Below, piece after piece: positions 47,000-57,793 of a DNA stretch of 64,000 nt. The DNA comes from Felis catus (taxonomy: Eukaryota). The stretch covers positions 95,296,001 through 95,360,000 of the forward strand of contig NC_058368.1 in assembly GCF_018350175.1 (NCBI RefSeq), written 5' to 3'. Positions within the stretch are counted from its first letter, which is position 1; every line of letters begins with the position of its first letter. The translations under genes were made by a program, and so were the position numbers. The notes under the pieces were generated by a model. It made no database searches. It was not told the origin of the DNA and saw nothing but the letters and a program-made list of their open reading frames with translations.

Positions 47000-47209
47000 G
47001 GGGCGCCTGGGTGGCTCAGTCAGCTAAGTGCCGACTTTGTCTCAGGTCATGATCTCATGGTTCATGGGTTCGAGCCCTGCATTGGGCTCTGGGCTGATAG
47101 CTCAGAGCCTGGAGCCTGCCTCACATTCTGTCTCCCTCTCTGTCTCTACCCCTCCCCGCCTCGTGCTCTGTCTCTCTCTCTCTGAAAAATAAATAAAGAC
47201 TAAAAAAAA
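47000..47209 (+). mobile_element. Can-SINE (SINEC_Fc-like)
   Basis: Full body; AGTGGAA..CCCA on both flanks. Confidence 0.95.
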
Positions 47210-47746
47210 GTGGAAAAACCCAGGATGTACGACAGCACACACTTTCAGGTCTAACCCTTTGTTCATGCAAATACTGTTGGTGGACCGCCCCACGGCATAT
47301 TTGTTCATTAGGAGAGAGGAGTTAGCAATTAGGAGAGAGGAATTATTTTTCTGAAAATCCTGTTGAGTAAAACCTTATGAGGTATTTGCTTGCAGCACAA
47401 AACATTTTTTAGGTACTATGTAAACTATAAAACGTGTATAAACTTTGTGGAGAATCAGCCACCACTATCTGTGTTCTTATGCATGCACATTATCACATTA
47501 TATTCAGACCAACTGGGCCACGAGCACATGATCGTCCTGATTGTGTTACCAGCAGATGCACAGAGTTATCGTTTACGCCATTTTCTGCAATTCAGCGGCA
47601 GAAATGTGGTAGACATGGCTTGTTAACAGCCGTGTTGATACATTTTCAATGTAAATGGCTTGTGGTTGATGACAAATAATAAAATGATATGGTTAAATTA
47701 ATCCCCACAATGTCTACAAGAAGATGTGATAAGAGCAGACAATTCA

Positions 47747-47976
47747 TTTTTTAAAATTTTTTATTAATTTTTTTAGTGTTTATTTTTGAGACAGACAGAC
47801 AGAGGGTGAGTGAGGGAGGGAGAGGGGCAGAGAGAGAGGGAGACACAGAATCTGAAGCAGGCACCAGGTTCTGAGCTGTCAGCACAGAGCCCGACACGGG
47901 GCTCGAACTCACGGACCGTGAGATCATGACCTGAGCCGAAGTTGGACGCTCAACCGACTGAGCCACACAGGTGCCC
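47747..47976 (-). mobile_element. Can-SINE (SINEC_Fc-like)
   Basis: Full body; CATTTTTT on both flanks, sitting in the tail of the next SINE. Confidence 0.96.
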
Positions 47977-47977
47977 A

Positions 47978-48188
47978 TTTTTTTTAAAGTTTATTTATTT
48001 TCAGAGAAAGAGAGTGAGTAAACGCAAGTAGGGGAGTGGCAGAGAGATCGGGGGACAGAGAGAAAGAATCCCAAGTAGGCTCCACACCACCAGTGCGGAG
48101 CCCGACGTGGGGCTTGAACTCGCGAGCCGTGAGATCATGACCTGAGCCAAAGTGCGATGTTTAACCGACTGAGCCACCCAGGCGCCCC
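47978..48188 (-). mobile_element. Can-SINE
   Basis: Full body directly abutting the previous SINE. Confidence 0.95.
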
Positions 48189-48905
48189 ACTCCCCCGCCA
48201 AATCACGTAGTTTTGAAGGAGAAAATGGCATCCTATAAAACAGGATTACCAGTGTGCAAAATGTGAAATCCCAGAAGTTCCTTGAAATCATGGTTGTGGA
48301 TGACTGTGGCTGAACCAGGCTCTCTTCTTTCCAGCCTGCCTTTTTTTGGTCTTCCTGACAGATGGACTTTAAGGCAGACAGCAGGCTCACATATGTGGGT
48401 TGGAGGGTCATCGTGCAAATGATGCTGGGAAGATTCGCTTGCACCCCCGGGTCTGGCCCCTAGTAATTATTAAAGAGTTTCTGAGCCGCGAGTGAACCCG
48501 GAAGGTAAATGCAAGAGTTACAGGGTCAAGGTTCTCGGCAGGCTTCTCTGAGCTGTCAGCTTCGGGGAGGCCCTGGTTAGAGGTCAGCGCTGAGCACTTA
48601 CGAGGCCTCTGATGGATACCAGGGTATTTTGGAAAGCCACACTTCAAAATGAGGTAAAAGATGAGTTTAACAAGTTCACATATTTAATCTTTATCCAAGC
48701 CTCTATAACTACCTTTTTCGCAGAGCCCGCCTTGAGAAGGTGCACTTTTACAAACAGCTTGTTATCTGATGCTGTGGTCTGCAGTTCCCGAAAACATTTC
48801 CAGGGAAGAAACGTTGAAGGAAGTATTTCTCATGAGGAATCAGTCTACGTACGTGGCACGTTTCTTGAAAAAGATAACTAATGAGCAGAACCAAATCTTT
48901 ACCTC

Positions 48906-49130
48906 TTTTTTTTCTTTAATTTTTTTTAACGTTTATTCAATTTTGAGAGACAGAGACACAGAGCACGAGTGGAGGAGGGGCAGAGAGAGAAGGAGACACG
49001 GAATCCGAGGCAGGCTCCGGGCTCTGAGCTGTCAGCACAGAGCCCGACGCGGGGCCCGAACTCATGAGCCGTGAGATCATGACCTGAGCCGAAGTCGGAT
49101 GCCCAACCACTGAGCCACCCAGGCGCCCCC
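48906..49130 (-). mobile_element. Can-SINE (SINEC_Fc-like)
   Basis: TSD ATCTTTACC at about 48895 and 49134. Confidence 0.96.
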
Positions 49131-49719
49131 CAGATCTTTACCCCTTAGTAAGCAATCTAAAATGTTAAAAAACAAAACCAAAACCAAAAACCAGTGTGTT
49201 ACCTGAGGCTGCATCCAGACATGACCTATAATGACACTGGGGCCAATTTCGTGGTGAAATAAAACGATGAAGAGAAAATTTTACATGTCTCTACATGGCT
49301 CAAGCTAATGAACAAGTGATTTGAAGTGAGGGCAGGTATAAATAAACGCCCCAGGTCAAGGAACATGATCTTGGATTTTTGTCCCTGGAGATGAGGCCAG
49401 CGGAGCTTGGCGAAATCCTTGGAGCCAGATGCGTGGAAAAGCAAGGCCCATCGCTCTGCAACTTTGCTGTGCCTGATCCTGCCTTCCCACCATTCTGCCT
49501 TCTTACGTCCACATACCCTTTATGTTGTAGATTTGTTTAATCAGAGGGTCTTTCCTTGAACACTTTTGGAATATTGCCTATAGTAGAACTCTTTTGTCTG
49601 AGGGAGTGGGGACTCATTCTTTCCTTGGTCAGTTAAATCAAAGTCAAAGCAGGGAACTACACACAAAAATAGAAATTTTTTTAACCTAAATATTTTAATG
49701 TGACATCTATATAGATACA

Positions 49720-49890
49720 TTCATTTACTTTTTGTTTTGGGGGTGGAAGAGAGAGAGGGAGAAAATCTTAAGCAGGCTCCACTCTCAGTGCAGAGACTGA
49801 CCTGGGGCTTGAACTCAGAAACTGTGAGATCACGACCTGAGCCAAAACCAAGAGTGGGATGCTCAACTGCCTGAGCCACCCAGGTGCCCC
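49720..49890 (-). mobile_element. Can-SINE
   Basis: Body and head present; short tail. Confidence 0.9.
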
Positions 49891-50344
49891 TACTAATGTT
49901 TCATATGGGCCCACAGGCTGCTCACTGGAATTCTTCGGGTCTGTTTAAAATGTTTAAAATCGGTTTAAACTCAGATATGTATGCAAAGCAACCTGTGAGC
50001 ATAAATCTGTGTTTTTCTCTGATTATTTACATCTGTCTGGTCCACAACTTAACAACATTTTTTTTTCATAGCTGCTCAGCCTACGTTTCCTTTCCAGAAG
50101 AACCGCGATGATTTTTCTTTTCCCGCTGTTATGTTTTTAATAATTACAATAAAATGTGTGACTGGCCCAAACAGATGTGTAGGAGATCGGTGTACAAGTG
50201 TCCAGGAGGGTCACCACCTGCCCGACCCGTCATATCAGTCACTCAGGTAAGAGAGCTTTGATTTTAGGTGTGACAGGTCTTAGGAGCGGAGAATGTGAAA
50301 GGGAGTACGATGCTTTTATGGTCTAGTGCTAGGGGTCACTTAAA

Positions 50345-50372
50345 CATTATGCATGCACGTGCATGCATAATG
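50345..50372. repeat. Perfect 28-bp palindrome
   Basis: CATTATGCATGCACGTGCATGCATAATG is its own reverse complement. Confidence 0.97.
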
Positions 50373-51285
50373 CATGCACATTACGAGTCGTGCGTATTAG
50401 GAGACGTGCAAAGGAGTGCGGGAGAGAAAAAAGTATTTTGTCTGTTCAGCGAAGCTTTTCCTGATTGATAGAGTTCACACTAGTCTTTCTCTTCTTGTGC
50501 GCCGCTGTTTCAAATATGTCCCACACGAACGATGAGGAAGCGAGCACGATCGTAACGGGGAGATACCCTTCTATCAGTTGAGATTTCCTAGAGAACTTAG
50601 TAAGTTGGAATTAGTTGTCTGTTGCAAACCCTATTGCTTTGGTGGTGGTTTCTGTGGGGAATGGGTATGTGCTGGCTGGCTGGAATGGGAGCCTGGTATC
50701 TGGTATAGAGTCTGTTCGGGTCCAACCAGGAATGTTCTTGTAAGCCTTAGAGTGGCTACAGTCTTTGATAATTCCACCTACACTAAATTTTCCCGGGCTC
50801 TATTTGGTTCCAGGATGCCTGTTCTACCAGCGGTCTGTAGATTATGGTTGAATTGACAGTTTTCTTTTGGATGACATTTCTAGGCTACAGTAGTGACTCA
50901 TCACAGAGGCAATCAATGGAATGTGAGTGGTGCATTTGATTTGGTAGGATTAGAGTAATTGCATAACGTGACAGGGTATGTGTGATATTTAAGACATTTA
51001 ATTGAATTCAGCACATGGCAATTCCATCCCTTGGCAACCAAGATGACTCAAACATCTACACTGAGAAGCTACAAATAGATTCGGTCACCAAGAGTAGATA
51101 TCAAGAAGCAAACCATGTTATATGAAAACATTTAGATCTGTAACGTAAAAATACATTTTTTTTTTTTTTTTGGACACGGGATGTGTTTGTTGCAAGCAAA
51201 CAAAGGTGAGAAAAATATAAAATCTCCTTGGAATTTTTGTAATATTAGAACCTTAAGTATAGAGCATTTCAGTGACTGTTATTCA

Positions 51286-51484
51286 TTTTTTTTCAAGTTT
51301 ATTTATTTTGAGAGAGAGAGAGTGAGCAGGGGAGGGGCAGAGATGGAGAGAGAGAATGAATCCCAAGCAGGCTCCTCATTGTTAGTGCAGAGCTGGACGC
51401 GGGGCTCGAACCCCTGAACTGTGAGATCATGACCTGAGCCGATATCAAGAGTTGGACACTGAACTGACTGAGCCAGGCAGGCAC
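51286..51484 (-). mobile_element. Can-SINE
   Basis: Full body. Confidence 0.93.
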
Positions 51485-52719
51485 TAGAAACGTTCAAATA
51501 CTGGAAATATTAACACTTAGGAAAATAAGATTAAGTACAATTGTTAAATTACATCAGTGGCAGGAAAAGTAATCATTCATCACAATATATGGTTCTTTTA
51601 TTATGAAAAAAAAAAGAAAGTTATGTGATAAAATCTTTCAAATTATCTGCTGTCTCCCCAGTCCTTCTGTCCTTTGTAGGACAAAGGCCAGCAGTTGGTA
51701 ATAAGCAACAAGTGTCTGGGGATGTCTTTTCGGCTGTAAGCGTAAGAAGCAAAACTTGAACAAGTCATTATTGTTGGGGTTCCTGTTAGGTGGTTGTACT
51801 TTGGCACAAGGTAACATGGATTGGCCAGAAGCCCCAGAATTAACCTTTTCTATTTGTTTTTAGAGGCACGTTCTTATTTTGTATTTAGAAATAATGACTT
51901 CCACTTTTCACACGGATTCCCTATTGTTGCCAGTCGTAACGTTTCTGTTCCCATGTTTGGATTGCTGTGTTTTATGAGGAAAATGCCCAGATGGGAAAGA
52001 GCTTCAGTAAGGCATTATTGTCTAAGAAGGGGGCTCTTGGACCTGGGTTGGCCAGGCTGGGAGCCAACATTATTAATAATTTTGAGGGAAGGTCCATTTT
52101 TTCCCAGGCATCTATCGTTAGCAATTCCAACATGGAGTCATTTATCTAAAGATTTATTTAAACGTAAAGAAACCACGATTGGTTGAAAAATGACCTTCTC
52201 TTTGGAAATAATCACAAATAACATTTATTGAGTGTGTAATGCACATAATGTTTTGTGCGCGTCACTTTCTTGACAGAGTGGCTGCGTCTCTTTGACATTT
52301 CCAACTATATTAAAGCTTCAATTTAGCCCTCTGAGATAGGTAATATTTTTATTTCTGTTAAGAATAGTTTTCAAAAGAGGTAAAATGCTGATTATCCTAC
52401 AGATACAAAAGAGAACAGGTATTAAAGATGCGATCCTACTCATTTATCAATGAGAGAACTAGACAGATGTTACAACCGATTCAAAAGAGAATCCAAAGAA
52501 GAGATACATTTGTAGGTCAGAACTCTTGGAGGGAATGTACAAATGGGGGCCAAACATGTCCCTCCCCCCCACAGGAAGGGTCAAGGAAGTCAACTGAATT
52601 TCTACTTAACTGGACAGAATTTGCATGGGTACAGACCGGAGCCGTAGAATAGCTTCCTGGAGGGATATCCTCTAGGTGATGCGTAGTTTTCGAATTGAGC
52701 ACAACTTTTCCCCTCTACT

Positions 52720-52765
52720 CCCATCTTACAGATGGGAAATCAAGGCTCAGGGAGGGCAGGTTTGG
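52720..52765 (-). mobile_element. MIR core fragment
   Basis: CCCATCTTACAGATGGGAAATCAAGGCTCAGGGAGG. Confidence 0.6.
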
Positions 52766-53064
52766 GTACTATTCAATAGTAGGGGAAATCCCTGCATTTG
52801 GGGAAGTCTGTTAGGATATGTGAAATGAGTGAGTCTCTGAGAGATGCCTGTACCTCCAGAACCTTGTGGAGAAGGTAACAAAATAAGGAGTGGGGGAAGA
52901 TGGAAGGAGGTTTATGTTTGACACATTTCAGGTTTGGGCAAACAAGGCAAAGGATCCAAAAGAAATGACTGTTCGTGTCCAGCAACAAATTTCCTGACAG
53001 TGGGAACTCCTCTCCAAATGCACGATATTTTTTTTTTTATAGAATTATGAAATGTCATTTAAAA

Positions 53065-53276
53065 TTTTTTTCTAACATTTATTTTTTGAGAGACAGAGAG
53101 AGACAGAGCACAAGCAGGGGAAGAGGAGAGAGAGGGGAAGACACAGAATCTCAAGAAGGCTCTAGGCTCCGAACTATCAGCACAGAGCCCGATGAGGGGC
53201 CTGAAACCATGATCCGTGAGATTATGACCTGAGCCAAGGTCAGATGCTCAATTGATTGAGCCACCCAGGCACCCCT
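53065..53276 (-). mobile_element. Can-SINE (SINEC_Fc-like)
   Basis: TSD TGAAATGTCATTT at 53049 and 53277. Confidence 0.96.
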
Positions 53277-53297
53277 GAAATGTCATTTTAAAAAAGG

Positions 53298-53478
53298 TTT
53301 ATTTGTCTGTTTTTAGAGTGGGGGAGGGGTAGAGAGAGGGAGAGAGAGAATCCCAAGAAGGCACCACATTATCAGTGCAGAGCCCGATATGTAGCTCGAA
53401 GTCATGAACCATGAGATCATGACCTGAGCAGAAATCAGGAGTCACATGCTTAATTGACTCAGCCACCCGGGTGCCCCC
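53298..53478 (-). mobile_element. Can-SINE
   Basis: Tandem with the previous SINE. Confidence 0.92.
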
Positions 53479-53645
53479 AAATGCATGATAGTCTAATGGA
53501 AAACAACAACAACAAAGAAACAAATGCATGAACCATACAAATGGTACTCACAGCCACATTCACTGTTTCCTGAGCTTGAGCTCCTATGAAAGCCTGGGGA
53601 GGAGTTCGGGAAGGGTTTGTGATGCAGATAAAGCATGAGGTATAG

Positions 53646-53803
53646 AGGCAATTCGATAGCTTAGTTGGCTTAGTTGGTTGAGCATCTGACTCTTGATTTT
53701 GGCTCAGGTCATGATCCCAGGGTCATGGGATCAAGCCTCGCTTCGGGCTCTGTGCTGAGTGTGGAGCCCCGTGTGGTGCACTCTCTCTAAGACAAAACAA
53801 AAA
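53646..53803 (+). mobile_element. Can-SINE (older subtype)
   Basis: TSD ATGAGGTATA at 53635 and 53807; GCTTAGTTG repeated in the head. Confidence 0.88.
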
Positions 53804-54099
53804 GGAATGAGGTATAAAGCCTGTAGGCAAGAGAGCCTCTGGGTACCATGGAGGTCACTGCTCCTCTGGCTCTAATGCAAGTCAAGGTAGGTAACAAACC
53901 GTGTAGTACATGTTGTCACGTCATCACTGCCTGGAAGGAAGCTAGGAAGGACAGGGATATGACAGAGGCCCACCGTTTTGTGCTCTGATAGGGCATCTCA
54001 AGGCTGGAGCAGTTGCTTAAATGGCTCTCCTCCTTGCCACTTACCAGAACAGTCCGCAGGTAGGGCCAACTCAGAGGAGGTAGTAAGAATAAAATCGCC

Positions 54100-54200
54100 T
54101 AATGACCTACTGATGTCACACAAGTAATAAGTGACAAAGCTCACATTTGAACACCAATTTGTCTAATTCCAGATCACGTTCCTAGCTTTCCCACTACAGT
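54100..54200 (-). mobile_element. MIR fragment
   Basis: ATGACCTACTGATGTCACACAAGTAATAAGTGACAAAGC..ATTTGAACACCA..TCTAATTCCAGA. Confidence 0.55.
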
Positions 54201-54647
54201 ATTGACCCCTGTTTACTCTGTCTCCTTTAAAAAGTTGGATGCCAGAGGTCCAGTGACTTCGGATTGCTTTGTGTAATAAGTTGTGTATCTGTCTCTGTTG
54301 TCCTTTCGCTGAGTCACTTGGTGGGATCAGCATTGGCTGTGGTTGGGAACATTCTCTGTCGTGGGCTATTTAGTACTATGGAAGAGGGCATTTTCATACA
54401 CTTTCTGTAGAGTATAAACTGAAGGTGATTTCCACTTCATGAGGCCAGGAAAGGTCCAGGATGGCATCATCAGAACCTTCTGGCAGTGTCTGCGGACTTA
54501 CCCCTCATTCACTGCACCTTTAGCATCATGTGGGTAATGCTTGGGCTCAGAAGAAGCAGCTAGCTGGATGCCTTGGATATTGCCCCAGACCTTGAATATC
54601 GTTAGCTTTGCTGTGCCTCCATTATTCTCAGTAATAAAACAAGGATA

Positions 54648-54851
54648 GGGGCGCCTGGGTGGCTCAGTCGGTTGAGCGAACGACTCATGATCTCGCGATC
54701 CATGAGTTTGAGCCCCACGTCAGGATCTGTGCTGACAGCTCAGAGCCTGGAGCCTGTTTCAGATCCTGTGTCTCTCTCTCTCTGACCCTCCCCCATTCAT
54801 GCTCTGTCTCTCTTTGTCTTAAAAATAAATAAACGTTAAAAAAATTTTTTT
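54648..54851 (+). mobile_element. Can-SINE (SINEC_Fc-like, small deletion) inside a MIR relic
   Basis: TSD AAAACAAGGATA at 54636 and 54852. Confidence 0.96.
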
Positions 54852-55080
54852 AAAACAAGGATAATAGCATTGGATCTACTATATACCTTCTGTGCCATTA
54901 TTTCCGTGAGAGAATATAAAAAGAAAATATGTTTCACACATAAGAAGTGATGCTGTTGTCAAGCATAGAAATGCAAGTTTGGACAAAGTCTAGAGTAAGC
55001 AGAGAGGGAGAGGGAAGCTGAGGTGATCTGGATCCTGGATAATTCAGAATGATCCCTCAAAAAAATTCCTATTGTCCAAG

Positions 55081-55830
55081 TGTGTCAACTTCAGGATTCT
55101 TTCTATTGTAAGTGACCAAAACCCTAATTCCAGGCAAAAAAGGACTTAAAAATTTCTTGTAAAATTTCATATGTTAGCATGCTTGAGAAGTCTCTGGTAG
55201 ATGTGGTTTCAAGTGCAATTTGATCTCATGATTTATTTTTTATTTAATTTTTTTTTTAACATTTATTTGTTTTGGGGTGACAGAGCGCAAGCCAGGGGAG
55301 GGTGGAGAGATAGGGAGACACAGAATCAGAAGCAGGCTCCAGGCTCTGAGCTGTCAGCACAGAGCCGGATGCAAGGTTCGAACCCGTGAACCGTGAGCTC
55401 ATGACCTGAGCCGAGCCACCCAGGCCAACGGAGCCACCCAGGCGCCCCAATCTCATGGTTTAAATGTCACTCTCAGGACCTGTTTCTCTCCTTTCCTGCC
55501 CTTTCTTTCTCTCTCCATTTCTAGATTTTGCTCTCCTTTGCTTTGGGCTTCTTCTCAAGCATGTTTTTTAGACCAAGTAGCAAAATGGCTGCTAGTCACC
55601 TTGGTCTTATACTGGATGGAGGTTGCCTCTCTTGCAGAAGCCCTGGGATGATATATGATTGGCTCTACTTGTCTACTCAGGCCGCTTTTTGGTTCTAAAC
55701 CCACCCACAGGGCTGGATTGGAGTCAGCCTTATAGATGCCATGTGGATCGAGACCGGGGAGAGGCAGATTCCACCAAGAAATATAGAGTACTCTTACCAG
55801 AAAAGAGCAGACATTGGTAAGGCAGAAGTG
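55081..55830 (-). mobile_element. MLT1K-like MaLR solo LTR interrupted by a SINE
   Basis: TCAGGATTCTTTCTATTGTAAGTGACCAAAACCC (LTR 3' end), CAAAATGGCTGC, TGATTGGCT and CTCTTACCAGAAAAG (LTR 5' end) match recalled antisense MLT1K/L. Confidence 0.7.
55232..55448 (-). mobile_element. Can-SINE with rearranged head
   Basis: TSD ATCTCATG(A/G)TTT; GAGCCACCCAGGC occurs twice. Confidence 0.95.
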
Positions 55831-56022
55831 AAAACATTCTGGGGTTATCTGTGATGGAAAGAAGCTTGAGTTATCCTAATCTAGCTATGACAACTCTGTG
55901 AAATATGAAAAGTACGTGCATTAAAATATTCTTATTTTACTCTGGAGATATTAGGGAGATTGAAGTCTCGAGAAAAAATTACTTGGAATTAGAGTAACCG
56001 TTCCATCAGAAATACTTAAAAA

Positions 56023-56233
56023 TTTTTTTTAAGTTTATTTATTTTGAGAGAGAGAAAGAGTGAGAGAGCATGTGCACGTGACTGTCGGGGAAGGACAGAA
56101 AGAGAGGAAAAGAATCCCAAGCCGGCTCTGCACTGTCAGTGCATAGCCCGATGTGGGGCTTGAACTCACGAACTGTGAGATCATGACCTAAGCCGAGATC
56201 AAGAATCAACTGATTGAGCCACCCAGGCGCCCC
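56023..56233 (-). mobile_element. Can-SINE
   Basis: TSD CCATCAGAAAT(A/T)CTT at about 56003 and 56233. Confidence 0.94.
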
Positions 56234-56455
56234 CATCAGAAATTCTTTTTGAGGGGATTACAGAATGAATATTTAGTTGGATTTTTAAAATTTACCAATC
56301 TAGTAGAATAATGGGGAGTTCTAGAAGTTGTAATATAAACTGGTCATTTACCTGTCTACCCTTGATTTTCTGAAATATGGAACTTAAGTTAAAAACAATA
56401 CGGACTTAATTTATCCTTTTATCTTGAGAGAGAGATTTTCATGATGTTGGTTGTT

Positions 56456-56540
56456 TTATTCATTCATTCAGTAAATATTTATGGAGCTCTATGTGCAAGG
56501 CACTGTATATTCCAGAAAAGATAATTCAGCCCTGTTCTTG
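56456..56540 (-). mobile_element. L2 3' end relic
   Basis: ATTCATTCATTCAGTAAATATTTATGGAGCTCTATGTGCAAGGCACTGT. Confidence 0.7.
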
Positions 56541-56574
56541 CTGTATTTTAGTATGTGTTTTCCTGAAAAAAAAA

Positions 56575-57270
56575 AAAGATATAAATAGTCAATTCACAAA
56601 AGATGAAATTTAGCAGGCATATGGAAAGTTGCTTGATCTCATTAGTAAATAGAGAAATAAAAACTTAATAAGATTCCCTTTTCACTCATCAGATTGGCAA
56701 AAAACCATAAAAACACAAACAAGGAAACAATCAGAAACCCTTTTAATAATATCAGGGGAGGCAATGGTGAATATGAACTATACAGTCATCAGAGAGGGGA
56801 AATTTTGTAACCCGTTAAAATTTAAAATATGCACAAGGAATTGCATAAAAGGACACTTATTGTGATATTATTTGTAATAGGAAAAAAAATACGAGTTAGG
56901 ATTCTAGCAAGGGAACAATGACCAAAAGGATCAAATAGACTACAAAAAATAAATCCACACTTAGGAATGTTACACAACTATAACAAAGAATAAGGTATAG
57001 GTGTGACCATATTGAGAATAATAAAATATGATCTAATTTAATCTAACATGGATCCGTAGTTTGTCTTGTATCTGTACGCAAATATGTTTTGAAACACATA
57101 GAAGAAATTCTGAAAATATACACATCTAAACTATAGTAGTGTTTCTGCCATGTCCCTGCAGGATGTGGGGAACGAAATTGACTGAGGGGGCAGAAGTGAG
57201 GAGGCGTGGTGTTTATCGGCATTGTTCGAAGAGTTTATAAGAACATTCTCATCTACTACTTGCCAAATTA
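56575..57270 (+). mobile_element. Ancient L1 (L1ME-like) 3' relic
   Basis: GATATAAATAGTCAATTCACAAAAGA..CTCATTAGTAA..TTTTCACTCATCAGATTGGCAAAAA..TTATTTGTAATAG; A-rich and collinear with an L1M ORF2 end and UTR. Confidence 0.65.
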
Positions 57271-57299
57271 AAATCCAGTTGATTTCTTTAAACATTAAT

Positions 57300-57409
57300 A
57301 TTTTATTTTATTATTTTTAAAGTAATCTCTATGTCCAATGTGGGGCTTGAACTCATGACCCCAAGATCACAAGTCACGTGTTCTACTGACCGAGCCAGCC
57401 AGGCGCCCC
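57300..57409 (-). mobile_element. Short Can-SINE
   Basis: AAAGTAATCTCTATGTCCAATGTGGGGCTTGAACTCATGACC..GAGCCAGCCAGGCGCCCC. Confidence 0.92.
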
Positions 57410-57618
57410 ACAATCAAATTAATTTTTAAATTGGAAAGAGACATATAGCTATGACTTCAGTACATACTGGCTTTCTACAGCAATCCATTTATTACTGACT
57501 CTATCTAGATAGAGGACTTGATATTTTGAGGCAATTTTATTGTTTTTATAAATGTATTTAATACGATAAACTATTTATATTGTTGTAAGAGCTGTGTCAA
57601 ACAGGTTTGAAAAAAAAT

Positions 57619-57793
57619 CTGTGCTCTCCATAGCCACATGTGACTGTTTGAATTTAACTGTAGATGAATTAAGATTATATAAAATTAAACACTTGTTTTC
57701 TTGGCAGCCATATATAATCAGGAGCTACATAGATAGGGCGACACAGATAAAGAACATTTCTCTCATCACAGGAAGTGCTGTTGAACAGTGCTG
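57619..57793 (-). mobile_element. MER3-like hAT-Charlie non-autonomous DNA transposon
   Basis: TAGCCACATGTGACTGTTTGAATTTAA..AGAACATTTCTCTCATCACAGGAAGTGCTGTTGAACAGTGCTG matches recalled antisense MER3. Confidence 0.8.
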
